Below are positions 1 to 11,604 of a stretch of DNA of 64,000 nt, piece by piece. Each line of letters starts with the position of its first letter. The stretch's first letter is position 1. The stretch is from an uncultured delta proteobacterium. Lineage in GTDB: Bacteria; Desulfobacterota; Syntrophobacteria; BM002. Position numbers and translations under genes: made by a program. The DNA is taken from NCBI GenBank assembly GCA_963712115.1, contig CAVQGX010000020.1, positions 187,880-251,879 on the forward strand, given 5' to 3'. The notes below the pieces were generated by a model. It was not told the origin of the DNA. It searched no databases and saw nothing but the letters and a program-made list of their open reading frames with translations.

Positions 1-125
1 ATCGAACAAGGAATGCCGAATATCGAAGTGATTACTTCATGATTCTGCGGTTCCTTGTTCTGCATTCGACCTGCCCGCCATCGTCCGCCTGAGGCGGACT
101 CAGGCGAGGCGGGCGGGATATTCAA
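1..125 (-). repeat. 'Empty' copy of the GAA/TTC 7-nt-periodic inverted-arm element, with a nested micro-palindrome insertion at 70-116
   Basis: Reverse complement of 1-69 matches 53283-53352 (GCAGAACAAGGAACCGCAGAATCATGAAGT..CACTTCGATATTC..ATTCCTTGTTCGA) and the arms around 4594-4974. Confidence 0.85.
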
Positions 126-154
126 TGTTCTTGCCTCTCGAGGGGGATTTTCCC

Positions 155-645
155 CTAGCTAAGATCCGTCTTTACAAAATCCAGGTAAATGCGTTTGTCC
201 TTTCCCCTTTCGGTCCAAGTAACGATCACTCTCATTCTACTGCTGTTGGCGGCAGGTTCGTTCACTGCCACATTCCAATAAATACTGTATCTGCCATTGA
301 CATTCAGTTGCCGAGTCATCCGCTATCACGTTTCCAACACTCATCCACCGTATCATTCAGACCAAAGTTCCCCCCGTCGTCGTCATTGCCGTCGTTATCT
401 GCATCTTGGTTGGTACCATCGCCGTCGTCGTCCAAGCCAACGAGAGCGCTGTAAGGCAGGTTCATCAAATCTTCTGCCTTGGCTTGGGCCAGGGTAACTC
501 CCTGTGACAGGTCACTGGCCCTGGAGTTGGTCTTTATGGCCGTGACCTGCATGGTTGCCACTGCCATGAGACCAAAACCCAAAATCCCCAGGGCAACGAG
601 AACCTCTACCAGGGTGTAGCCTTCCTCTTTCTTAACTCTTTTCAT
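155..645 (-). CDS. pilV: PilV-like minor pilin (frameshifted near 320-340)
   Basis: Prepilin motif GYTLVEVLVAL. ORF 316-645 continues in another frame as LNVNGRYSIYWNVAVNEP..RVIVTW..LDFVKTDLS* to a TAG at 155-157. Confidence 0.7.
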
Positions 646-661
646 TTCTTCACGCTTTGTC

Positions 662-1535
662 TTACAGTGCCATATTTCTGCACCTGACCGTAGTTGTCAC
701 CAGATTGCGTCTATTCTGGTCATTTCTGGTCATTATCCTGTTACCTACGACGTATGTTTCGGAACGACTGTATCTGCGATCAGATTGCCCTGTTTTGGCG
801 AGGAGCCATATCTTGACTGCTACTATTTTGTCTAAATCCACCGGGGCTGGAAGTAGCGTCGCCAGCATCATTGTCGTCGATTAGTCCATCGCCGTTGGTA
901 TCGTCGCTAGCATCAATAGCCCCATCATCGTTGCCGTCAAGTTTCACGTTAAGCCGTTCGTCTGTATCCGAGTCGTCAGCGTCAATAGCCCAGATAATAT
1001 TCCCACCATCCTCGAAAGCATAGGCGAAACCAAGGGCTTCGATGTTTTCGACTACCGTTAGCCATGCATTGTTGTCTACGTCGAATCTCTGGAGATTATT
1101 GCCTGCTACTCTAAAGGCAATTTGTTCATCGAAGTTTGCATCTAAGACACCATTTCCATTGTCGTCGAGGGTGAAGGCAATACTATTAGAGCCCGTTGAA
1201 GTCCTGTCTGGATCACCATCACCCAAATCATCACCTGGTAATCTTGCTACAAAACTTGTTACAAAATTTCCAACATTGAGCGTTCTCGTGGGATTATACC
1301 CGGCCATCCTAATATCTTTCATTAGTACATACTTTGCTATCCGGGCGTTTTGCTGCATTTCTGCGACCTGCTCCTGCAGAAGATAGGAATCCTGTTGGGT
1401 CACATAAACCTTGTAGACTCCGGCCATGACGACGAGGGTAATTGCCATGGCCACCAGAAGCTCAATCAGGCTGTAGCCGTGGCCATAAAACAATTCTTTG
1501 CAGCTATGGCGTTTCTTTTCTAAGGCTGTCCTCAC
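662..1535 (-). CDS. pilW: PilW-like minor pilin (frameshifted near 860-885)
   Basis: GYSLIELLVAMAI..QQNAR..DIRMAGY. The C-terminal PilW-type end (IVAVKIWLLAK..RRNLVTTTVRCRNM) is in ORF 662-871. Confidence 0.75.
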
Positions 1536-1581
1536 GAAGCATCCTCAGGTGAAGATTTCAACAACTACCACTCCGTAGATT

Positions 1582-2163
1582 TTATTTTTTACATTCATCT
1601 ATTGGTTTAGGCCCCTCCAGTTTCAACCCTCCAGAGGTTTTTTTAAATTTCACCTCATAACACCGCTCATTGTTGGAAACCGTCACTACACCTTCATCAT
1701 CAGTAAAACTAGAATCAACTGGAAAACCACGGGAATTGTAGCCAGCCGCATTTGCAGCGAATGTTGTCTTGTCCAGGTTGACATCGACGGGCATTTCGAC
1801 ATACTTCAAGCGCTCCTCAGTGCCATCCTGCGACCGATTACCAGCATTTCCTCCCGCCCCCGCTCCATTGTCCACAAATATAATGTAGCTACCCGGACTA
1901 TTCCCAACATCGGGGTAGAAGTTCAAAGCGATGTTACTGCTGCGCTTGACCGCTTCCAAACGAGCATACTGGAAGTAGGTAAACAGGTCCCTGGCCGCAC
2001 TTTTCAGCCGCTGGTTGCTTGCCCAACCCGAAAGGTTGGGAATTGCAACTGCAGCCAGTGCCATCAGAATAGCAATAACGATCAATACCTCGACCGTAGT
2101 GAAACCCCCAGGTTGATGACCTATGCAGTGAACTCCGTCCTTTGTCATAATCATCTGAGCCAC
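1582..2163 (-). CDS. FimT/FimU (GspH-family) minor pilin
   Basis: GFTTVEVLIVIAI..P..RLKSAARDL..ARLEAVKR..YIIFVD..FNSRG-like motif. Confidence 0.8.
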   Translation of the reverse strand: MAQMIMTKDGVHCIGHQPGGFTTVEVLIVIAILMALAAVAIPNLSGWASNQRLKSAARDLFTYFQYARLEAVKRSSNIALNFYPDVGNSPGSYIIFVDNGAGAGGNAGNRSQDGTEERLKYVEMPVDVNLDKTTFAANAAGYNSRGFPVDSSFTDDEGVVTVSNNERCYEVKFKKTSGGLKLEGPKPIDECKK

Positions 2164-2199
2164 CAGGGGGCTAGAAATTCTTCACCCTCAAATGAATTG

Positions 2200-2215
2200 A
2201 GCAATTTATATGCCA
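2200..2215 (-). promoter_or_regulatory. Sigma-54 -24/-12 promoter
   Basis: TGGCATATAAATTGCT (GG-N10-GC), about 37 nt upstream of the fimU-pilW-pilV operon. Confidence 0.7.
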
Positions 2216-2567
2216 GTAGGTAGAAGCTTTGGATGTTACTGCTGTAAAGCAACTACACATAGCAGAATACGTATGAAAATTCAGGGTGTACGATGTGAGA
2301 GCAGCGAGGTTTATTTCCATCCCGGGCCATTACTTGGCTTCAATAGAGAGCCTAGTGTTATTAAAAAATTTAATAGTAGTTAATTTTTTTGTATTCTATG
2401 GAAATGTTTGCGGGATTTTTTTCATCCCCCTCCGGAATAGCTGAGGCTCATACACCAGGCTTCGGGTATTATAAGGCTTATAGACAGTAATTGTAAACCA
2501 ACTGCATATAGCCATACCAGGTAAATCATCTTGACCCTCGCCATGGTTTTGAGGACAATGGCACTGT

Positions 2568-2672
2568 CTAGTGTCCATCCGGAAACCAGAGATTTCCGGA
2601 TAGAGCTGCCAGCAGTCAGCTTAAGCTCTTATTATTATCGTATTTTTAGCTGAATCCTGAGCGCTGAAACCT
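2568..2672. repeat. CTAGTGTCCATCC-ended hairpin followed by CAGC/GCTG periodic repeats
   Basis: CTAGTGTCCATCCGGAAAC..ATTTCCGGATAG; the same end sequence occurs at 42542. Confidence 0.55.
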
Positions 2673-2690
2673 AAGGAGAACAAGTTCTCA

Positions 2691-4502
2691 ATGAGTCGAA
2701 GCCGGCTGGATTTAGATTATTTGATCGGTGTGCTGAGCAGACGCGGCCTGATTAGTGAACGCCAGGCGAAAGTCATCTCTCAAAAGGCGCCTGCCCAAAA
2801 GGAGAAGCTCACTCAGCTGCACAAGGTGAAGAGAGGGGGATTGTCCTCACTGAGGCGCGGAGATGAGGTCACGCCAGTGGATGTTCTGGCCTCCATGGGA
2901 TTGAAACTGGGCAAGGAAGAAAATGACCGTCTCAATGAAGAGGCCATCATGCGGATGGTGGCAGCTGACCTGGGGATGACTTTCAAAAAGATCGACCCAC
3001 TAAAGCTGGACCTGGAGTTGGTCACCCAGACCATTCCCAAAAACTTCGCCCTCAAACACATGGTCCTTCCGGTGGAGAGTTCCCTGGAAACGATCACCGT
3101 GGCAGTCTACGATCCTTTTAATCGTCAGGTTTTGGAGGACATCGAGCGAGTTACCAAAAAGCGGCTGGAAGCTCTCATCAGTACCAAGAGTGACATTGTC
3201 AAAACCATCTCTGAGTTTTACGGGTTCAAGAGCTCAATTGTTGCCGCCGACACTCAGTTGAGTAAGCCCTTAGTTGACCTGGGAAACCTGGAACAGCTCA
3301 CTCACTTGCAGGCGACAGAGGAGATCTCCTCGAGTGACCAGCACATAACCAATGCGGTAGATCACCTGTTCAGCTACGGTTTTGATCAGCGGGCTAGTGA
3401 CGTTCACATTGAGCCCAAGCGGGAAAAAACCATCGTAAGACTTCGCATAGATGGTTTGCTGCACACTATTTACCGGATACCCAAGAGTGTGCACCCGGCG
3501 ATTGTTTCCAGAATCAAGGCCCTGGCCCGGCTGGACCTTGCAGAGAAGCGCAGGCCGCAAGATGGACGGATCAAGGTGGAACGCAATGGCAAGGAGGCGG
3601 AAATTAGGATTTCAACCGTGCCGGTGGCCTTCGGTGAAAAGTTGGTGCTTAGAATCCTGGATCCTGACATTCTCTTGCAGGACCTTGAAGGATTGGGATT
3701 TTCATCAGCAGATCTCATCAAGTATCGTAGACTTATAGAGGTGCCCCACGGAATAGTTTTGATAACCGGTCCAACAGGAAGCGGAAAGACCACCACCCTT
3801 TACTCCAGTTTGCGCTTTCTCGCCTCCGAGGGCAACAACATCACCACTATTGAAGATCCCATCGAAATGGTGCACGAACAGTTCAACCAGATTGCCGTAA
3901 AGCCACGAATCAACCTTACCTTCGCCAATGTCCTGCGCCATGTTCTCCGTCAGGATCCCGACATCATCATGATCGGAGAAATGCGAGACCTCGAGACAGC
4001 AACCAATGCTATTCAGGCCGCCCTCACTGGCCACCTTGTTCTGAGTACTTTGCACACCAACGATGCAGCCAGCGCCATAACCCGTCTGATGGACCTGGGG
4101 GTGCAGCCCTTCCTGATCTCCTCAACCCTCACTGGTGTGGCGGCCCAGAGATTGGTGCGCAAGATTTGTCCTCACTGCGAAGAGTTATACAAGGTGAAGG
4201 TTGCTGATCTGGCTCCCCTGGCCTTGGGCAAGGACCCGGAAACCGAACTGGAACTCAAGATGGGCAAGGGTTGCCAACAGTGCCGCAACACCGGCTATCT
4301 GGGACGCAGCGGCATATTCGAGGTGCTGCCCATGAGCGAAAAACTGAGGGACCTGACCAACCGGAAGGGTTCACTGGCACAACTGCAAAAGGTCGCCTTG
4401 CACGAGGGTATGCTAACCCTCCAACAGTCCGCCGTCGACAAAATGCTACGGGGAGTGACGACTTTTGAGGAAGTGGTCAGGGTCACTCTGGGTGAAAGGT
4501 AG
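2691..4502 (+). CDS. gspE: GspE/PilB-family secretion/pilus assembly ATPase
   Basis: Walker A GPTGSGKTTT, TIEDPIE, LRQDPDIIMIGEMRD, TGHLVLSTLHTN, CPHC..CQQC zinc motif; AAGGAG RBS. Confidence 0.92.
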   Translation: MSRSRLDLDYLIGVLSRRGLISERQAKVISQKAPAQKEKLTQLHKVKRGGLSSLRRGDEVTPVDVLASMGLKLGKEENDRLNEEAIMRMVAADLGMTFKKIDPLKLDLELVTQTIPKNFALKHMVLPVESSLETITVAVYDPFNRQVLEDIERVTKKRLEALISTKSDIVKTISEFYGFKSSIVAADTQLSKPLVDLGNLEQLTHLQATEEISSSDQHITNAVDHLFSYGFDQRASDVHIEPKREKTIVRLRIDGLLHTIYRIPKSVHPAIVSRIKALARLDLAEKRRPQDGRIKVERNGKEAEIRISTVPVAFGEKLVLRILDPDILLQDLEGLGFSSADLIKYRRLIEVPHGIVLITGPTGSGKTTTLYSSLRFLASEGNNITTIEDPIEMVHEQFNQIAVKPRINLTFANVLRHVLRQDPDIIMIGEMRDLETATNAIQAALTGHLVLSTLHTNDAASAITRLMDLGVQPFLISSTLTGVAAQRLVRKICPHCEELYKVKVADLAPLALGKDPETELELKMGKGCQQCRNTGYLGRSGIFEVLPMSEKLRDLTNRKGSLAQLQKVALHEGMLTLQQSAVDKMLRGVTTFEEVVRVTLGER

Positions 4503-4532
4503 CATCACGCAGATGGTAATACAGGGTTCTCC

Positions 4533-5007
4533 TCGAATATCGAATATCGAACAGCAGAACAAGGAACCGCAGAACGGAACAAGAAGTTTCGAATCATGAG
4601 GCTTTTTTCTTCCTTTTTTGAGCGGTTTTTATGCTTGTCACAAAAATCGAAATCAGCTCATTATTCTCTACAATCAGAGGTTCAAGTTTTGATGCTGGCT
4701 TTATCAATTTGGCCCTTACAATCATAAGCAACCATACCCTAGTCTCACGTAACTCTTTAAGTGATACTTTCATCTTGTGGATAAAGTCAGAACGAGATTC
4801 TGCGCTTTGAGCTTCACCATAGTTGGGAGCCGGGGAAGTGCCACAACGAATGAGTTGTCCTGCAATGTGATTTCCTACCCTCGTTTTTGGCAAGGATTCT
4901 GCTATACGAATAATCCGAATGGCAAAATCAATTAAGCGCTCCTCGAGGTCAAATATTCTGTTCTCCTTCGACATTCAAAATTCCTTGTTCGATATTCTGC
5001 GGTTCGA
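4533..5007. mobile_element. Four-helix-bundle gene cassette bounded by 7-nt-periodic inverted arms
   Basis: Left arm has GAA every 7-8 nt (4535-4599), right arm has TTC every 7-8 nt (4967-5007). Both arms are joined without the gene at 53275-53366. Confidence 0.7.
4594..4974 (-). CDS. Four helix bundle protein (23S rRNA intervening-sequence protein / bAvd-like family)
   Basis: DLEERLIDFA..QLIRCGTSPAPNYGEAQSAESRSDFIHKMKVSLKELRETRVWL family signature. Confidence 0.9.
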   Translation of the reverse strand: MSKENRIFDLEERLIDFAIRIIRIAESLPKTRVGNHIAGQLIRCGTSPAPNYGEAQSAESRSDFIHKMKVSLKELRETRVWLLMIVRAKLIKPASKLEPLIVENNELISIFVTSIKTAQKRKKKAS

Positions 5008-5027
5008 GTTGATACCTCCCTGCTGAA

Positions 5028-5613
5028 CTACCATCTTTCCCAACCTTGGCCATAGTGCCTCCAGAGTTGGGTCAAGCAGTTGGAGCGGAGACGGATGGCG
5101 AAGGTCCGGCCTTTGCTATTGTGGAGGTAAATAGTGCCCGTGCTGCAGGTCCCGTCGGGATTGAACTTGATTCTATTCTGTGCGAAGCTAACCCCATCTC
5201 CACCACCGGCAGTGATCTTGGTGTTATTTGGCCCGCGCTCTGGCCCTCCAAATTCGGCAGGATAGGCTTTAAGGTGTACCTTAGGAAATAGTCCTAAATC
5301 AAATACCATATCGCTTTTCTCTAAGAGTTCCTTCCGGCGATTTTCGTTGCGATCCCCCCAGAGGAAGCAGCCTGCAGATTCCAAATCTCCGTCGCCGTCG
5401 AGATCGAAGTCAAAATAGTGAATGATGGACTGGTTTATGGCCCTGAGCTTCGCTCGGTGGATTTGGACCACCAAGGATCGCGCCGCACTGGTGAGACGGT
5501 AATTTGGGATCATTTCAACAAGGTGGGGCAGGCCCAAAGCGGTTGTAACACTATCACGGCCAGAGTAGACCACAAGTTCTTTCAAAGTAATGCCTATTTG
5601 CAGAGGATTTCAT
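5028..5613 (-). CDS. FimT/GspH-like pilin with indels in the N-terminal prepilin region
   Basis: YRLTSAARSLV..RAKLRAI..IKFNPDGT..GTIYL. An upstream in-frame GITLKELVV motif is present, and the ATG at 5613 is out of frame. Confidence 0.65.
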
Positions 5614-5860
5614 GGTAGTCACCTGCCTAAAAGCATGCGATGACGCAGCAGGGGAAAGCTCCTCTGGCATAGGTGGGTTAGGTCAGAGGAAAAGGGTGCC
5701 CCGGGGATCTAGATCTTGGCTTAAGGCCTCAAAAAAGTTTCTTAGAAGCCGGCCAGACGAGTTGTTTGGCCTTCGGACAGTTCGACAACAAACGGCAGCT
5801 AAAGGGGAACGCCCCAGACTCGAGGATTTTGTCTGGCAGGTATACTGTGCCCCCTAGAGC

Positions 5861-6069
5861 AGCCCTGATATTTCATGAATTGTTCGTCGCGAGATCCCAT
5901 GAAGATTGGGCGTGCCACCGGGCAGTCGCAGGATGTTCGTTCGAGGCGTAAAAACCTGAATGGTACCGTCGGAAGCAGGAGCCGAGCAACCGAAAAGATG
6001 CTCGGAAGGTACGATTTTGCTCATTCACGGACGCAGTATACTGCAAGGCTTGGTTATGAAAAAACCGGG
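5861..6069. mobile_element. Degenerate MITE copy (family of 38422-38605, opposite orientation)
   Basis: AGCCCTGATATTTCATGAATTG..GTCGCGAGA..CGTGCCACC..GAGGCGTA..CCTGAA..GGTAC aligns by eye to the reverse complement of 38422-38605. Confidence 0.7.
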
Positions 6070-6309
6070 AGAGATAACCAAGGAAAAATTCGCTGAAATA
6101 GTTATTGTAAACAAAAAAATACGATTGAATTTAGGTCGGTGACTATTATGACAGGAAAGGGAGACAAGAATGGTCGTTGGAAATAATGCCGGAGAAAAAT
6201 TGGTTTGTCTTGTGACCTCTGCGAGCGGTTTTGACGACCTTGATAATTCTGGAAGAATCAGCTGAAATGCAAACATCCAACTTCTTCAGTGCCGCCAACC
6301 ATAATTGCT

Positions 6310-6713
6310 CCGGTGGACATCAAGCCAGGATACTGCCCCAACCCTTTAGAGGTGTATGGTAGTGGCGACGTTTCCGTGGCAATTCTTGGCACGCAGGAAT
6401 TAGAGTGACCGAAATCGCTCGAGATTCAGTCAGGCTTCAAGAGATTCCGCCACTGCGAAGTGAGCAAAGAGATGTAGCAAAGCCCTTCCGTCTATATAAG
6501 TGGCAAGTAAGTGGAAACAAGGTAAAAGAAGATTACTGCACCGACGAAGGGCCGGACGGTAGGCTCGATCTCGTTCTTTATTTTAGCAAAGAAGACATAC
6601 TGAAGGCTGTGGGCTCAACCAGAGATGGCGATGTCCTGGTCCTGACAGTTACCGCCAGGCACAAATCAGGCGCTCTGATTGTGGGTCAGGACGTGGTGCT
6701 AATACAGAAATAA
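6310..6713 (+). pseudogene. Frameshifted or 5'-degraded gene for a 'DIKPGxCPNP' extracellular domain
   Basis: PVDIKPGYCPNPLEVYGSGDVSVAILGTQEL is followed by a frameshift at ~6404 into ..SVRL..GPDGRLDLVLYF..GQDVVLI. Confidence 0.55.
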
Positions 6714-6734
6714 GATTGTCGGACAGGCTCCCGG

Positions 6735-6846
6735 CCCTCCTTTAATAAAGGGGGGTTGGGCCTGCCCGCCATGCGATCCCGCCCGGCAAGCGCCTGAGAC
6801 GAAACCGATGGCGGACGGGCAAGGCGAGGCGGGCGGGGCGATTTTG
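6735..6846. repeat. CCCTCCTTTAATAAAGGGGGG REP-like palindrome carrying a nested CCTGCCCGCC..GGCGAGGCGGGCGG insertion
   Basis: Insert 6761-6836 has the same ends as 70-116 and is flanked by GG/GG. Confidence 0.65.
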
Positions 6847-6975
6847 AAGCATTTGATATTCCTCACAATATGCTTCCTGGAGCACGACTTCACGAAATCA
6901 GTTGAAAGACCGTTTCAATTGTGACGAAGTCATCTCGGTCTGGACTATGCTCTACGAGCAAGGTATTCATCTTGC

Positions 6976-8727
6976 TTGGCCGAGCTGCAAATTAGCGATT
7001 TCGCCATTATCGACAAGCTTTCAGTCTCCTTCAACCCGGGACTCACCGTGATAACCGGGGAGACGGGAGCTGGCAAGTCTATTTTGGTGAACGCCATCAA
7101 TCTTTTGCTGGGCAGCCGCGGCTCTGCAGATCTGATCCGCAGCGGTAGCCAGGAGGCCACGGTGACCGCTCTCTTCAACCTGGCCGGTGAAGATGATTCT
7201 ACTAATATTTCAGAAATATTAAATAAATTTGGCAGTTTCGAGGTGTTGCTCAAGCGTACTCTCTCCAATTCGGGTCGAAATCGAGTATATATCAATGACC
7301 AGCTAACCACGGTGGGGTTATTGACCGAGTTTTGCCGTGGGTTGGTGAGCATATCAGGACAACATGAACACCAATTATTCCTGGAGCCCGAAGCCCACCT
7401 TGAAACTATTGATAGATTCGGTGGCCTAGAAAAACAGGTTCAAACTTATGCCCAGACATTTGCTGAGCTGAAGAAGCTGCAGACCGAGCTCAGGCAACTG
7501 CGGCGGCAAGTCCAGGAGCGCAAAGAAAAGGAGGAATTGCGGTTCTTCCAACTGGAAGAGATCAACAAGGCCCGGGTAAAGGTGGACGAGGAGGTCCAAC
7601 TGGATGAGGAACGGGAAAGACTGCGGCACGTGGAGAGTCTCAGGGAAGGTGCTTCCACGGTCCATGAGGTTCTTTATTCCGACAGCGGCGCAGTTTTGGA
7701 GGCTGTGAGTAAATGTCAGAAAATCCTTGCCGATTTGGGTGGCCTGGATCCAACCCTCAAGCCCCTGGCCCAAACCCTGGAGGATCTCAGACATCAGCTG
7801 GAAGACGTTTCCTTCAGTTTAAGAGACTACAGCCAGAAGATCCAGGCGGATCCAGCCAGATTGGAGTGGGTGGAGGAACGCTTGCACGCTCTTAAAAGGC
7901 TGATGCAAAAGTATGGCGACAGTACCCGGGCGGTGCTTACCCATGCGGATAAGCTCAGGCAAGAGCTTGAGGCCACAGAAAGTGAGGAAGTGGAGATTGG
8001 AGCAAAAGAGAAGGCTCTTGATGAGATTCAACAAAAGGCTCTAAAAGAGGCGCTGGAGTTGTCTGAAAGCCGCCGGCAAAGTGCAAACAGGTTGGGCAAG
8101 GCCGTGGAAAAGACCTCTGCCTCTCTGGATATGCCCAATTGCCGCTTTGAGGTGCAATTTGATCTGGAGGAAAGTTCGGCCACCAATACAGCTTCCCGGG
8201 CCTCCGGGTCAGGAGCGGAGGCTATCCGGGTAGGTGAATATCTGCTAGATGAGAAAGGGTTAGATAGAGTTGCCTTTTTATTCTCGGCGAATCCGGGCGA
8301 GGAGGTCAGACCCATGGCCAAAATCGCTTCGGGCGGAGAACTTTCTAGGATTGTCCTGGCCCTGAAAGAATTACTGGCCAGCAAGACTGCCCAAGAGACC
8401 CTGATCTTTGATGAGGTGGATTCCGGTATTGGAGGCCGCACAGCAGACAGGGTGGGCCGGAGTCTCAAGGCCCTTGCCCACCGACATCAGGTAGTCTGCA
8501 TCACCCATTTGCCGCAGATCGCCTGTTATGGAGACCATCATTACGTAGTACGCAAAAGTACTTACAAAGGTCGAACCATCACAGCCATGGAGGAGTTGAG
8601 CGGTCAAGATCGTTTAGAAGAAATTGCCCGTATGCTGGGAGGGGAGAAGATTTCTGCGAAAACTCGGGCCCACGCCAAGGAGATGCTCAGTCGAGCTCAG
8701 CAGGCAGCTGACAGCGGGCAGCTATAG
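6976..8727 (+). CDS. recN: DNA repair protein RecN
   Basis: TGETGAGKS, SGQHEHQ, coiled coil, ASGGELSR, FDEVDSGIGG, ITHLPQIA. Confidence 0.96.
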   Translation: MAELQISDFAIIDKLSVSFNPGLTVITGETGAGKSILVNAINLLLGSRGSADLIRSGSQEATVTALFNLAGEDDSTNISEILNKFGSFEVLLKRTLSNSGRNRVYINDQLTTVGLLTEFCRGLVSISGQHEHQLFLEPEAHLETIDRFGGLEKQVQTYAQTFAELKKLQTELRQLRRQVQERKEKEELRFFQLEEINKARVKVDEEVQLDEERERLRHVESLREGASTVHEVLYSDSGAVLEAVSKCQKILADLGGLDPTLKPLAQTLEDLRHQLEDVSFSLRDYSQKIQADPARLEWVEERLHALKRLMQKYGDSTRAVLTHADKLRQELEATESEEVEIGAKEKALDEIQQKALKEALELSESRRQSANRLGKAVEKTSASLDMPNCRFEVQFDLEESSATNTASRASGSGAEAIRVGEYLLDEKGLDRVAFLFSANPGEEVRPMAKIASGGELSRIVLALKELLASKTAQETLIFDEVDSGIGGRTADRVGRSLKALAHRHQVVCITHLPQIACYGDHHYVVRKSTYKGRTITAMEELSGQDRLEEIARMLGGEKISAKTRAHAKEMLSRAQQAADSGQL

Positions 8728-8729
8728 AC

Positions 8730-8787
8730 CACTAGGCACTAAACACTAAGCACTAGGCACAACAATCTAGGGGCGGGTCCCCGCCCG
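8730..8787. repeat. CACTAGG-type heptamer tandem plus a degenerate GTAG-family REP
   Basis: CACTAGG CACTAAA CACTAAG CACTAGG, then TAGGGGCGGG-TCCCCGCCCG resembling the REPs around the RAYT. Confidence 0.7.
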
Positions 8788-8793
8788 TAATAA

Positions 8794-9078
8794 TTACCAG
8801 GGATACTTCACCGAGAAGTCCTGGAACTCGCCCGTATAATCTTGCCAGTCCACATCTATCCGGGTTACCTGGGACATGGGTGAGCCCTGGTGGCACCAGT
8901 TGATCATATCCTCAACTTGCTCTTTTTTGCCTTCCAGTACCGCTTCAACTCTACCATCGCGAGTATTCATGACCCAACCTAGAATGTTTCTTGCCCGGGC
9001 AGCTTTCTGGGTGTAAGCCCGAAAGAAAACCCCCTGTACCCGCCCTGATATCATCACATGTGCACGTGCCTTGTCCAT
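8794..9078 (-). CDS. acyP: Acylphosphatase
   Basis: SGRVQGVFFR, GWVMNTRDGRVE. Confidence 0.95.
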   Translation of the reverse strand: MDKARAHVMISGRVQGVFFRAYTQKAARARNILGWVMNTRDGRVEAVLEGKKEQVEDMINWCHQGSPMSQVTRIDVDWQDYTGEFQDFSVKYPW

Positions 9079-9096
9079 TTTAGCCCCCTTATTTGA

Positions 9097-9184
9097 AGAC
9101 GCGGGGACACGGAGAAACGGAGACGCGGAGAAGAAACATGATATAAAATCGCCGTGTCGCCGTATCGCCCCATCTCCGTATCGC
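9097..9184. repeat. 8-nt-periodic inverted arms (GACGCGGA / CCGTGTCG)
   Basis: GACGCGGG GACACGGA GAAACGGA GACGCGGA..CGCCGTGT CGCCGTAT CGCCCCAT CTCCGTAT. Confidence 0.75.
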
Positions 9185-9248
9185 TATGACTCGCCTCTCC
9201 CCCCATGACCACTAATGCCAACTTTCCGACTTACCTATCATTCTTGAC

Positions 9249-11600
<2,352 letters not shown>

Positions 11601-11604
11601 CTCG

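Noticed and set aside
4594-4974. Diversity-generating retroelement, suggested by the bAvd-like protein
   Set aside because: No reverse transcriptase and no TR/VR pair with adenine-specific mismatches is visible in the window.
5612-6276. Short ORFs between fimT and the 6.4-kb gene
   Set aside because: They overlap a decayed MITE and intergenic DNA, with no protein signature.
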